DNA from: Eledone cirrhosa
Taxonomy: Eukaryota
DNA length: 64,000 nt
Reading direction: 5' to 3'
Assembly: GCA_964016885.1 (NCBI GenBank)
Contig: OZ024741.1
Location: forward strand, 308,078,001 to 308,142,000
Shown here one piece after another: positions 48,373-62,450 of this stretch; the stretch's first letter is position 1, and each line of letters begins with the position of its first letter. The notes below the pieces were generated by a model that saw nothing but the letters and a program-made list of their open reading frames with translations, was not told the DNA's origin and made no database searches. The translations under genes were made by a program, and so were the position numbers.

Positions 48373-48794
48373 ATGTGTGTGTGCGCGCGTTTGTGTCTGT
48401 GTTTGTGTGTGTGTGCGGGTGTTTGCGCGTGTGTGTGTGTGTATGTATGTGTGTGCGTGTGTTTGTATTAATGTTATGTACAAGGATACATGAATACAAT
48501 ATATGCCTACAAACTTACATACTCATTCGCACCACACGTGTAAGTACTTATACATATTTATCCAGATTACACTAAATAAAACAGAAAAGATATGTATATT
48601 GTTCTTTTAATCCTTTTGTTCTGTTGATTAACTATATATTGTAGTGGAGACATTACGTTATTTACTGCTCGCGTTTCGTCTTTTATTTCTCTTGGTGACT
48701 ATATTTTAAAGCACAAGTGAAGAACATGTGTCAATGTAATATAACTAACTATCCGGATATATATATATACTCGTATGTATATATATATATATAT

Positions 48795-49245
48795 CAAGTA
48801 AAATAACGGAGCAAAGGACTCGCGTATAATCCTGTAATTAAATGAGCTCAAAGGAAAGAGTTTTCCTGCGCACTTTAAAATACAATATATAGAGGGAAAG
48901 ACACAGAAGAGTGTGTGTTTCTTTACAGGAATTTCAAACCACAAGTGTGAAGAGAATATAGGCTAATAGAGGCATAGGAAAAACATTAAAATTAAAAGTA
49001 TAAATTAAAATGAGAAACCAAATTCATACCTAGATAACACATGTACAAACTCACCAGGAGTTTGTTTCGCCATTTAAGTGAGTTTGTACATGTGTGATCT
49101 AGGTATGAGGTTGGTTTCTCATTTTAATTTATACTTTTAATTTTAATGTTTTTCCTATGTCTCTATTAGCCTATATTCTCTTCACACTTGTGGTTTGAAA
49201 TTCCTGTAAAGAAACACACACTCTTATGTGTCTTTCCCTCATTAT

Positions 49246-49251
<6 letters not shown>
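48795..49251 (-). mobile_element. Fold-back mini-element in (TA)n with ~170 bp inverted repeats and tail
   Basis: Arms 48881-49054 and 49078-49251 are near-identical; tail 48795-48880; TA tracts on both sides. Confidence 0.85.
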
Positions 49252-49293
<42 letters not shown>

Positions 49294-49720
49294 TATAGTA
49301 GAATAATCGAGTATTGGAAAATCAGCTCACGAGTTTACGATAAACAAATCCGACATGAGTGGCAGAGGGCTCAATAATTCAGATAAATCAGAGCTATAAC
49401 TATCGTTAAAATACCAACACACAAAGATTATGTCTAAAATCACCCATGCGGCCGAAAAATTACGACCAGGAAGATTCGGGTCACTCAGATAAAATATCAA
49501 TAAATCAATAAATCATATGAATGTAAAAAGCTTACCCGGACCCACTAGAAAGATGGTAAATCTAGCTTCTTGGGTTTCTGCAATTCCTTAATCCGCCCCC
49601 TATCAGCCCACATAAAAATATATAAGACTTCTAGAAAGCGGACGGACCGGAACACTTTATCAAAGGGTCTTGTACATATATATATATATATATATATGCA
49701 TATATATATATATATATATA

Positions 49721-49771
<51 letters not shown>

Positions 49772-49786
49772 GCATACATACATACC

Positions 49787-49845
<59 letters not shown>

Positions 49846-49860
49846 GCATACATACATACC

Positions 49861-49935
<75 letters not shown>

Positions 49936-49952
49936 TTCAGGTATTGTGTTGA

Positions 49953-50290
49953 TGTGGCATAGAGAAATGCTTAAATTGCTTGCTTCTCAACCATAATGTC
50001 CAGGGTTCAATCCCACTCCGCGACATCTTGGTCATGTGACATTTACCGTTAGAGCCAAGCCTGATGAATGAAACTAGGTAGGAGGAAACGTTTTGGATGC
50101 CTGTCAGATCAATTATATATGTAATTCAAATGGCCAGCTTTGTTACACTGTTGGGCTGCATTTCTCTGAGAATTACGTTAAGGATACATGTGCCTCTGAA
50201 ATGTACAGGCACTTGCATGTCAATTTCATAGGTAAGCTGTTCTATAGATCGAACAGTTGGAATACTCATCTCCGAAACCTATGTAATTAT
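49953..50290 (+). mobile_element. Diverged tRNA-derived SINE with shared tail
   Basis: GGTTCAATCCC B-box; tail homologous to 11983-12110. Confidence 0.55.
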
Positions 50291-51011
50291 ATTCCATTCC
50301 ACAAATATTGTAGAGTCTCGCATATGTAATTGAGTTACATGCGTGTTAGTAAATTGAAAAACCGTTGTTGAAATAAGATAATGCAATCAATTCATTAGAA
50401 GTTAAAATCTCCATCCATAAGTGTAGAAATATGAAAAAACAAACAAAAAATCAATACATTAAATTTTTTCAGAGATTATACAACAATTAGTATTGGAATG
50501 GGTCTTGTTTTTAAGCCAGCTTCTTGCTTTTACACACTAAACACTCACAAATGCAGATAGTGTCTTCTCATTACATAGATATTTCTAATTAATCGAAATT
50601 TTTCAATTCCCTACATATTACTTAAATGAGGCCGAACCGCATCCAATTCTTTCTTTTTTCTCCCATTCTGCAATGTTACAACGACAACAACAACAGCAAC
50701 AAGGACAATAACAATAACAACAACAACAACAACAAGGACAATAATAACGACAAGAACATCGAAACAGCAAGAATAACAACAACGAAATGAAACAATTATT
50801 CAAGTAGGGTCTGTGGTCACAAGAAACCATTTAACGCTAACTCCTACAACGCTAACTTCTAACAACCTATAAATGTTTAGCCGAAAACGATATCCACAAG
50901 TAAAAATACTAAAAAGCATTTTTACTTGTGGATAGCGTGTTTCGAAAATATGTTCTATTAGACTAAAGACTTTACTATTTAATGTGATGAAGCGTATTAT
51001 TCTAAAAATAA

Positions 51012-51206
51012 TCATTTCTACTATAGGTACAAGGCCAGCAATTTTGGGGGAGGGGAAAGTCGATTAAATCGGCCCAGTGCATTACTGGTGTTTTATGTTA
51101 TCGACCCACATAAGGATGAAAAGCAAAGCTAACTTCAGCGGGATTTGAACTCAGATGGTAAAGGGCTGCAAAGCATGGTGTCTGACGCTCTACCGGTACT
51201 GCCAAA
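51012..51206 (-). mobile_element. SINE family A
   Basis: Full reverse-complement copy. Confidence 0.85.
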
Positions 51207-52128
51207 TGTTCTGCAAGTATGATCGTTAATTTATTTACACAAAAATTAATTATTCCTCTTTCTTTAGAGAGTTCATTGCTGTTTTGTACTTTTCAAGAAT
51301 GCATTGCTGCTACACTTTCATGTGGTACTAGACGTTAAGAGTTAATACTGTAAGACAATTCTAACCTTATTTTGTTACACAACACGATCAAATGAATTAA
51401 AGGCGTTAATGAAATAAAAAAACTACAAATTCTGGAATAAAAAGCCCAAGAACGAAACAGACAGCAATGGAAGGCAAAAAGACCAAACGTGCGAGTTGAA
51501 TATTTGGTATTATTTACTAGATTACATGAAAAATATCGCCTCATTTAGATCAGGCAAGCTAAACACAAAGTCATTACGAGCATTACTTTAAAGTATTTAG
51601 TGGTTATCAATAGATTTGGTGAGGAGAGGGAGTGCAATAAAAGGATTTCTGTTGGATTTAGCTCGTTTGAATGTTTCAAAATGATGACAAGTAGTTGGTC
51701 GGACCTAAGATTAAATAATCGTATAAATTCAGTTGTGTTTTCTAATATTATTATTTATTTACCTTAAGGCTTTTGGAAGATCTGGTTAAGGAGGATGAGA
51801 TGAGGATTATGCTAAAGAGAAATCATTAAAAAAAAGATGTATAGAGTAATGGATATATACAGATACAGTGTATATGTAAATATATATATATATATGTATA
51901 TATATAAATACATACATACGTACGTACAAATGTGTGTGTGCCTGTGGGTACATATATATATATATATATATATATATGTAAATATAGATTTATGTAGACA
52001 AGTATACACAGACGCAGACATACACTCACACACAGAGAAAGAGTGACTATACGTGCAAAAGTCTGTTTCATAGCTTAACAGAGAGAGAGATATATATATA
52101 TATAGAGAGAGAGAGAGAGTGAGGGAGG

Positions 52129-52203
<75 letters not shown>

Positions 52204-52531
52204 TGTTCTTTGAAAGGAAACGAAACCGAAACTTAGATAGATAAAAAGAGACAATTGGAGAAGATAAGAGAGAAATGTAAAAATGAAAAGGGGGATTAAA
52301 AGAGGCAAAGAGAAAGAATAATGTGGAAGATGCTTGGTTCGAATCCTTGCCGATTCTCTGCACACATTTGTCCAAAGGTATTTATACCAGACTTATTCAA
52401 CTATTATTTAGAGCTATCAACTATTACTTATAAATGCCCACATTGTGTTTAACACATTTTGAAATTTCAATTTTCCCCAATGATTCATAAATTAACCATA
52501 TATAAATATACACATACTTATATATATATAC

Positions 52532-52632
<101 letters not shown>

Positions 52633-52684
52633 CACACACACACACATATATATATATATAAATATATATATATACATACATACT

Positions 52685-52746
<62 letters not shown>

Positions 52747-53121
52747 CATATATGTGTGTGTGTGTGTGTGTGCGTGTGCGTGTGCGTGTGTGCGTGTCTG
52801 TGTGTGTGTACAACAATAGCTGGGAGAAGACAAGTAGAAATACGAATAAGTAGGAGGAAGTGGAGGTCAGAGAAGAAAGAAAAGGGGGTAAAGAAAAGAA
52901 GTATTGAATAAAAAAATGTATGTTGAGGAGAGGAAGGGCGATGGAGAAGAAGATAAAATGACATAAGTTTTCGTTCATTGTCATATGAAGTTGAGAGATA
53001 AGAGAACTGGGGAGAGGGGTGAGGAGATGATGGAGGGTGTTGGTGGAACAAGTAGAAAGAATAATTCGATGCGCAATAAAATATATAGTGGAAGATATAC
53101 ATAACAACAACAGCAACACGA

Positions 53122-53632
53122 ATAATTGTTTCTACTTTAGGCACAAGGCCAGCAATTATCCCCGAATATTACTGGTACCTTATAATATCCAGTGCATTAC
53201 TGGTACTTTATTTTATCGACCCCGTAAGGATGAAGGGCAAAGTTGACCTCGGCAGGAATTGAACGCTGACTGTAAATGGCCGTAACTCTATGCTGCAAAG
53301 CATGGCGTCCGACCTTCTACTGATACTGCCAATCCTCCGTTGGGGGGGGGGGGGGGTCGATTAAATTAACTCCAGTGCGTGACTGGTACTTCATTTTATC
53401 GACCCCCGTAAGGATGAAAAGCAAAGATAACCATAATAATAATTGTTTCTATCTTTGGCACAAGGCCAGCAATTATCCCAGTGCATTACTGGTACTTTAT
53501 TTTATCGACTCCGTAAGGATGAAAGGCAAAGTTAACCTCGGCGGGATTTGAACTCAGAATAGCAAGGGCCGTAACTCTATGCGTCAAAGCATGGCGTCCG
53601 ACCCTCTACCGATACTGCCAATCCACCGCCCT
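53122..53632 (-). mobile_element. Cluster of SINE family A copies (53122-53340, 53355-53432 partial, 53438-53632)
   Basis: Reverse-complement consensus matches. Confidence 0.85.
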
Positions 53633-54135
53633 TATAATAATAATAATAACGACGATGATGATGGTGATGATGATGATGATGATGACGACGACGACGACGA
53701 CGATGATGATGATGATGATGATGATGTTGGTGATGATGACGAGGACGACGGCGATGATTACGATGACAATGATGATGATTGCCATGTTGCTGCAGATGAT
53801 AATGATGAGGTTGACGACAACGAGGGTTATGATGATGATTAGGATCACGATGATGATGGTGATGATGATGATGATGATGCTGAGGAGGAGGAGGAGGAGG
53901 AGGAGGAAATGTAACAATGAGAGACAACGATAATGTTGATGATGATGATGATGATGGTGGTCATGGGAATGATGATCAACATAAGAATGAAGGCGAGGAA
54001 TAAAAAGAGAAATAAGTGATAGAATTAAAGAAAATTGTTTGTCGAGAACAAAGAGAGAAAGTGAAATGGTGAGAACTGTAGTGACAACAGCCAGGAGTTA
54101 CAACAGGACAATATAGAAATACAGTGATTATTTTT

Positions 54136-54321
54136 GTGGATTGGCAGTATCGGTAGAGGGTCGGGCGTATTGCTTTGACGTATAGAGTTACGGCCCTTGC
54201 CATTCTGAGTTCAAATCCCGCCGAGGTTAACTTTGCCTTTCATCCTTTCGGTGTCGGTAAAATAAAGTACCAGTAATGCTCTGGGTAATTTCTGGCCTTG
54301 TGCCAAACGTAGAAACAATTA
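54136..54321 (+). mobile_element. SINE family A
   Basis: Near-consensus copy, very similar to 1-128. Confidence 0.88.
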
Positions 54322-54348
54322 TTTTTAAATATGTTTACATTGTGTGTG

Positions 54349-54390
<42 letters not shown>

Positions 54391-54393
<3 letters not shown>

Positions 54394-55652
54394 AAAGGAT
54401 AACAAGAACGATTGATTACTCCTTCATTGCATTTATTGGTAGGTGACGCGCGTTTCGCCACTGATCAGCTCACGGTTCGATCTGTATCGATCCTACCCGA
54501 CTCAATAATCGGCGGCTCGACGGACCCTTTAAAATGCTATAAGAAAGTGACATACATGCTATGTGGTAAAGACAGAAGTGCAAGAGTTTGACAATATGAG
54601 TTGTTTTGATTGGTGGGAAGGATCAAAGGGGTGTACTGGCCTGTAGTGTATGTGGTGTGGTGGTGGCGGGATGGCTTTGGCCTGTAGTGTATGTCGGGGT
54701 GGATATGATGTTGAGATGTTGATGACGGTCGCTGGCTGTGATGGGCTGTGGTGTGGTGGTGGCGATGGTGTGATATGATCGACATTGTATTTACAGGATC
54801 AGATGTTACTATGGTTTGCAAGGTAAAACATGACAGAGAGGACAGATAGAACACAATGTTACTAAGATGAGGGGTGTATGGCGATGTGATTTTTGGTGGG
54901 GGTGATGTATGCGGCATGATATACAAAATACGGGCTTACAAATGATTACATGCAATACAATAAAATAAATTCGCTGAGATGGGCGATGGTGAGACGGGGC
55001 AGATGTGATTATTATTATGCTGGATCATGGTTAGTGCGCGGCCCTCCGCCGAATGTTTGTGCAGAAAATGTGTTCAGCCTGGTGTGTCTGCAGTTGACAA
55101 TTATGTCCGACCTATAGTTTATGGCAGATTTTAATTTAATTATTTCCGCCGCCTCAGCCAGGCATAACCTGCAGTGGTTTCTGTCACTGGGGAGTTGTGC
55201 CACGCGTCTTTTCACTGACCACGAGATCTGGGGTTCGATATTCCTGTCCTTGAGGTCCCAGATCAAATCGGCCAGTCTGGTTTGGGATCGTTTCAGCCTA
55301 TGTTTAAAGGAGCTTCTGTTATTATACCAGCGCCCCTTAAACGTAGTGGATGTCGCACCTATATATGAGTACTCCTTAGTGCCGGCTGTGACATCACACC
55401 CGTAAACAATGTTTTTAACGAGGCACTCCCCGTTTAGTGAGCATTCGGCCCGTTTTTTACAGTTGCAGTTGGGTGTAACCGGTGTGGTGGTACGTTGGCG
55501 TTTGGTGTCATGCGGTGTGGGTCTGGTGTGTGGGTTGTTGTGTTGTGTGTGTAGTTTCGTTCTGGGTTGTGGTGGTGGTTTGTTGTGGGGCAACCATGTG
55601 TTTTCGTATTTTTGTCCATTAGTGTGTGCTATTGTGTGGCCTAGATTTGGGT
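54391..55652 (-). mobile_element. Naiad-type PLE 3' fragment in (TA)n
   Basis: ORF 55015-55593: [46 protein letters not shown] degenerate hammerhead (GAAA CGCGCG TC) lies at 54438-54470. (TA)n on both sides. Confidence 0.88.
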
Positions 55653-55682
55653 ATATAAATATATATATATATACATATATAC

Positions 55683-55719
<37 letters not shown>

Positions 55720-55737
55720 TATATATATATATATATA

Positions 55738-55810
<73 letters not shown>

Positions 55811-55882
55811 ATAATAATAAATTTGAAGAAGATCCCGTTAAGGGTGAAAGCAGCGATTCTTTGCTTAAACTGTAATCTGTTA

Positions 55883-55927
<45 letters not shown>

Positions 55928-56123
55928 ATATCCTCTTCTTTACACACTCTCTTATATCTCTAATTCGCTCCACGTCCTTTTCTTCTTTAAGTTTATCATA
56001 TTATTATTTGTGGTATGTTGAGATTTGATGAGAAATGTTGAGATTTGATGAAATAAATCACTACCAATACTGGAATTGAAATATCAAGACCGTAGAGGTA
56101 TGTCATATATCAAATCATATATT

Positions 56124-56182
56124 TTATCTGACGAGGACGTACTGGAAAACAACAACACAGTACCTTCGAAATATGTATAATA
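56124..56182 (+). ncRNA. Hammerhead ribozyme motif in a short TA-flanked insertion (55925-56235)
   Basis: TTAT CTGACGA GGA C GTACTG (13 nt loop) CAGTAC C TTC GAAA TATG TA TAA. Confidence 0.7.
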
Positions 56183-56296
56183 AAGCATATATTTTGATTA
56201 TTTGAATATCTTCATTTGTTAATATTTTGAATAATATATATATATATATATATGTATCCTTGATTTAATTTAATTTAATTTTATGTATGTGATAAC

Positions 56297-56324
<28 letters not shown>

Positions 56325-56327
<3 letters not shown>

Positions 56328-56503
56328 GGAACGAGTAGGACCTCGACGGCTGAGCTCAAACCGTTTCGACGGCGAATTCGCCGTCGAAACGGCTTGAGCT
56401 CAGCCGTCGGTGTCCTACTCGTTCCTATTATCCACTCTACTACCCTAATATTGAGTACTTTGGTGCGTTATGGTCCATCTGGTTCCTTACCACATTTCCT
56501 TCG

Positions 56504-56505
<2 letters not shown>
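56325..56505 (+). mobile_element. 104 bp palindrome plus tail in (TA)n
   Basis: 56325-56428 is palindromic about GAATTC (3 mismatched pairs by eye); tail carries TATTGAGTAC. Confidence 0.85.
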
Positions 56506-56553
<48 letters not shown>

Positions 56554-56557
<4 letters not shown>

Positions 56558-57388
56558 AGTGTAATTTTCTACACAAAACGAAGGTTATAGAGAAAATTGA
56601 GGTATAAAAAATGACCGGTTTCGATGGGTCTGCAAAAGCCATCTTTTCAAATGTTGATTAATATTAAGAAAAATTAATAATACGAAGAGTTAAAATTTGA
56701 GATTTGAAAATTCAAGTATAAAATTCATTGTGGGATTTCAAGCAGTTTTCATCTAGGTAGCAACAACAGGTTGACTGCTGTGTCCCTTTCTGGTAGTGAA
56801 TGAGAAGTTATTTGGGGTGTGGGTTATTTTATAAAGGTCAGATTTAGCAATCGCCAACTGGCCAGCTGCTGGTCAGTGAGGGGGTGGAAGCAATATACAT
56901 ACACATATCTTCCTGTGGTGGGTAGGAGAGTGGAGCGTGATAGAAAGGGATTTAGTGCACTTACACCTATATATACACACATACCTTCATCCACACATAC
57001 ATACATATACATATACAAATCCATCAGAAATACCGACACGCATCAACACAGATTTTATCACTGACGGACTCCGCTTTATCCTACAAAATAACTACTTCAC
57101 ATTCAATGGTTCAACATACAGACAAATATCAGGTACGGCAATGGGCACGAAAGTAGCACCCACATATGCCAACCTAGTCATGGGATTCCATGAACAACAA
57201 ATATACAGTCAATCCCTTCTCTTATTTGGAGACTCTTTCCACACACACCTCAAAGCCAATTAGAAAAGATATCTAGACGACTGCTTTATCCTATGGCAAG
57301 AAGACATGAACTCACTATGTTTAAAAACATGATAAACAACATATATTCTGTCTCTTATATATTCCATGTGCCATTACCAACCTCAATT

Positions 57389-57392
<4 letters not shown>
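56554..57392 (-). mobile_element. PLE remnant with 5' inversion: minus-strand 3' end plus plus-strand RT fragment (57030-57340)
   Basis: FILQNNYFTFNGSTYRQISGTAMGTKVAPTYANLVMG..RYLDDCF on the plus strand. Minus-strand hammerhead variant TTGAAAA GATGG..CCATC GAAA CCGG TC at 56611-56652. Confidence 0.75.
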
Positions 57393-57445
<53 letters not shown>

Positions 57446-57562
57446 AAAATTGAGGTTGGTAATGGCACATGGAATATATAAGAGACAGAATACTTTTTTG
57501 TGAAAAAACATAATTTTATAAGGTAAGGAAATAATAAAGGGTATAAATATATATATATATGA

Positions 57563-57890
<328 letters not shown>

Positions 57891-58012
57891 GTATGTATAT
57901 ATATATGTGTGTGTGTGAGTGTATATATATATATGTCTCTATATATATATACATAATTACACATGTACATACATACATACATTCATGCATACATATATAT
58001 ACATACGTACAT

Positions 58013-58054
<42 letters not shown>

Positions 58055-58480
58055 ACACGAACATATATTTATATAAATATTTATATATGCAAATAAAAGT
58101 ATATTTTTACATAATGTATACTTTGCATATATACATACAAATACACACACACACACACACACACACTCACGCACGCACACATATATACACACATACTTAA
58201 AAAGCAAGAACCTTATGCAAGTCCATTTTATCAGTCTGTGAGAAGGACGGGGAACACAATAAGCCAGCGTCACTTGAAGAGAAGGCTTTGTCTCCAAACA
58301 AAGATGACGGTATTTCTAAAGTCGCCAATAGAACATCTGTCGCCATACTGGCCCATGGATCTTGTCATCTTCTTCATTGAAGCAAACCTTCTTACGAAAT
58401 ATTTTTCCCCTCATCAATTCACATACTTTTTAAACATACGAACGCACATAGCAATAGCATTGAAAATGGACGTTAAATAC

Positions 58481-58519
<39 letters not shown>

Positions 58520-59038
58520 ATATATACATATATATATATGCATATATATATAAGATAAATATATAATATATTATATATATATATATATGTATGTATGCAT
58601 GTTTGTATGTATGTTTGTATGTATGCATTAATAGATAGATAAATAGATAGATGTAATATGTATATATGTATATATATATGTATGCACGTATCATTGTATG
58701 TATTTTCACTAAACTGTAATATGTTTACACATGAAACCAAATAAATATATTCATATAGATATATACATATTCATGCTATTGGCCTACTTGAGTTATTTCT
58801 CTTAGCTGGATTACTATACACATAAATACATAAACACATACATACATACATACATTCATGCATACATACGTACATACTTATATACATACATACATATATA
58901 ACATTAAATATATTAAATATTCCTATTATATGTAAATGGATATCTATATAGATATATAGATATATATGTGTGTGGTGTGTGTAAAAATACATTGTTTACA
59001 TTGATACTTATACATATTAATGCATTAAATATATACCC

Positions 59039-59135
<97 letters not shown>

Positions 59136-59509
59136 TATACAAAGGCAAACATGCATATATATATATATGTGAAAGTGTGTGTGTGCGTGGCCTCAGTGTC
59201 TCCTTGCTATGTTCTTTATCTCATATGACATACACTTACAGACATCCTGATTTTCACATGTCTCCTAACCTGCGATCTCTGATTCGAGTAAAATTCAATT
59301 CTAACAACAATATCATATCAGCTCTATCAACAGATGTGAGTAACAAAGAAAATATATTGTGCACTTTCTTTTTTTCTTCCTCTCTCTGTCTCTCGGTTTC
59401 GTTTCTTAACCGTAAGGAAACCTGATGCCTTTCCTAGTCTGTCATCGGTTATTAGCTCAGCAGATGTTTAAATTGACTATATATATGTATATATATATAT
59501 ATATATATA

Positions 59510-59951
59510 TGGGAGTAACATTCCCGAGATCCATGGATGAGTTCTCTCCAGCCGTCTCTGTCCCTCATTATCGCTGCCATGTCCTGCGTCACCAACAGAT
59601 CAGTGTCTGTCCTTAGGACATCATATGTTAACCTCGGTCTTCCTCTTCCAGTGTGTCCATGCACGGACTCCCACAGGAGCACTGAGTGCAGTGTCATCTC
59701 TGGATGTCGGTGAGCATGTCCAGCTAACCTCAGTCTCCTCTGTGCCACTCTCTGTTCTGATTAATGTTCAGAGCCATCCTCAGCATTCTCCTGTATCACC
59801 CATCCACCATCTGAGTGCTCGAGAGGAAGAGCAAAGTCTGGGCGGCGTTCCACAGCTTAAGATCGGTGTGGAAGTCGGACCTTCGTAAAGACCTGAAAAT
59901 CCGTCTCTTCGTTGCTGTAATGGACTCTGTGCTGTTGTACGGGTCTGAGAC
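59510..59951 (-). mobile_element. RTE-type LINE 3' fragment with 5' inversion
   Basis: Minus strand 59818-59525: YRRMLRMALNI..RRLRLAGHAHRH..LLWE..GRGRPRLTY..MRDRDGW. Plus strand 59833-59951: KVWAAFHSLRSVWKS..KIRLFVAVMDSVLLYGSET. Confidence 0.82.
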
Positions 59952-60072
59952 TATATATGAAGAGAGTCAGGACCCCGACAGCTGAGCTCCGGCCGTTTCA
60001 ACAGCTAGATCCGAACTACCCCAGCCTCCAGTGAGTTCCTCCACAGATAACACAGAAACACATACGCTCACT

Positions 60073-60130
<58 letters not shown>

Positions 60131-60179
60131 AGTCTATTATCTGTGGAGGAACTCACTGGACGCTGGCTATATACTCGAA

Positions 60180-60698
60180 AGCTTTTTGTCCCAGTCTGTT
60201 GTCCCTGTTTACAAAAAAGAAAACGATCCCTTGCAGTAAATTACCGTCGGATCTCACCTCTCACCTCTCATGTTATAAAAGTATTTGAGAGGGTGGTGAG
60301 ATCACGAATAACTCACTTTCTTGAAAACAACAATCTGCTGAATTCCAGCCAATATTGGTTCCGTAATGAAAGAGGTTGCCTAACGCAACTTCTGCATCAC
60401 TTTGATGACATTTTAAGAGTTTGGGGAAAAGCCACCAACACTGATGTCATCTGCCTTGATTTCAGCAAGGCCTTTGACACTGTTGGTCACAACATTCTAC
60501 TGAATATACTATCCAACATTGGTGTCTCTGGAAAGTTGCTGCAATAGCTCAAATGTTTCCCGACTGAGCCCAAAATGTTCTAGTCGAAGGAGTATATTCA
60601 AGCCAAGCCAAAATCAATAGTGGTATTCCACAAGGCACTGGGTCAATATTTTCAATATCTATATCAATGACATTGCTGACGTCATCAAGCTCAGCAAA
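60180..60698 (+). mobile_element. CR1/L2-type LINE RT fragment
   Basis: NYRRISPLTSHVIKVFERVV, CLTQLL, DVICLDFSKAFDTVGH, SGIPQGT, IYINDI. Confidence 0.85.
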
Positions 60699-61029
60699 AT
60701 ATATATATGTGTGTGTGTCTGAGAGTGTATACGTATATGTATATATTGTATTTCAACATACGCATGGCTGTGTGGTTATGAAGATTGCTTCACAATCACG
60801 TGTTTCATGTTTGATACGTTGTATACCACTCTTTGGTAATAAACTTAATTCATCGCCTGGCTTAGATCACCCACCCGGGATGTATTTAATTGAGCCCCCA
60901 TATTTGCAAGCATTTCGATGTAGTCTCTGGTTCGAGGATACCGTCTTCACACCCTCCCACCTTCTCAGAAGTCCTGACATATGCCATGGTTATTGCCCAT
61001 CTGATCGCGAATAAAATATTTAAATAAAA

Positions 61030-61152
61030 TAATTGTTTCTACTTTTGGCACAAGGCCAGCAATTACCCAGTGCATTACTGGTACTTTATTTTATCGATCC
61101 CGTAAGGATGAAAGACAAAGTTAAACTCGGCGGGATTTGAACCTCGGCGGGA
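61030..61152 (-). mobile_element. SINE family A, partial
   Basis: Reverse-complement 3' half. Confidence 0.8.
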
Positions 61153-61214
61153 TTATTATTATTTAAATAAAATAATAATAATCAGAATGTTTCTAGATTG
61201 AACAGGATGCAATT

Positions 61215-61733
61215 GCAGGGAAGTGCTGATGGCCTCAGATGTTTTGGATGCAAAAGGCATTATGTTTATTGACTATCTTCAAAATATCCACACCATAAAT
61301 GGAGAGTACTATGCCAACTAGTTGACGCAGTTACAAAAGGCTATCAAGACCGAATGTCCGGGTAAACTACCGAAATGGATCTTGGTTCATCAGGTCAATG
61401 TTCCAACATAGGGGTCCTTGGTTTCAATGGAGCCTGTGAATGTATGTGGCTTTGAACTGGGTGATCACCTTCCCTATTCTCCTAATTTTATCCATCTGTT
61501 CCTCAACATAAAACAAAACCAGTATCGCAGTGATGATGACGTCATATCTACTGTTGATGACTTCCTTTACCAACAGGATGAAAACTTCTTCACCAATGGG
61601 ATCCAAGCACAGCAACACTGATGGAAGAAGTGCAGGGACCACAAAGTGGACTATATTGAGTAATAAACCTTATTTGGTCACATTCCATGAGTGTATCTTG
61701 GTCAGCCTATGAATATTCCAGCTGACCTTCGTA
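61215..61733 (+). pseudogene. mariner transposon 3' remnant with right terminus
   Basis: AGK..DAKGIMFIDYLQ..TINGEYYA, HLPYSP; ends CCTTCG-TA. Confidence 0.8.
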
Positions 61734-62176
61734 TATTCAGTGAGGCACAATGTATGACAAGGCTGGCTCTTTAATTACAGGTAGAGTTGTTCTGACAGGT
61801 TTCCAAACATTTTCCTTCAAAGCAATTTCATTTGTGAAACATGGATCGATGTGAGGCTATGGTAAATGCCAGACCAGAATCCATACAGGGGACTCGAACT
61901 TGGAACCAAATGATGGCGAAGCAAATGAATGAGCATTTGGCTATATTCGTCCACACTTAAAGATTCACACACTTAAAATCACATAATCACGTAACTTTGA
62001 GTACATTGAAATTATTCAAAAGATTGTTGAGAAATAAAGAGGAAAGAGTCTTCTACTTAATAACTATTATATATAAGAATAAAATTAAAATTCATCTCAA
62101 AATTTCCTGTTTGACACGAAATTCCACTCACTAAACAGCCTGCATGGAAACATTGGATGGAATCATTTCTTATCTG

Positions 62177-62222
<46 letters not shown>

Positions 62223-62322
62223 CTGTGTGTGTCTGTGTGTGTCTGTGTGTGTCTGTGTGTGTCTGTGTGTCTGTGTGTCTGTGTGTGTCTGTGTCGGTGT
62301 GTGTGTGTGTGTGTGTCTGTGC

Positions 62323-62450
<128 letters not shown>

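Noticed and set aside
53438-54321. Oppositely oriented SINE pair as a functional dsRNA structure
   Set aside because: Expected by chance at this SINE density; no transcript evidence.
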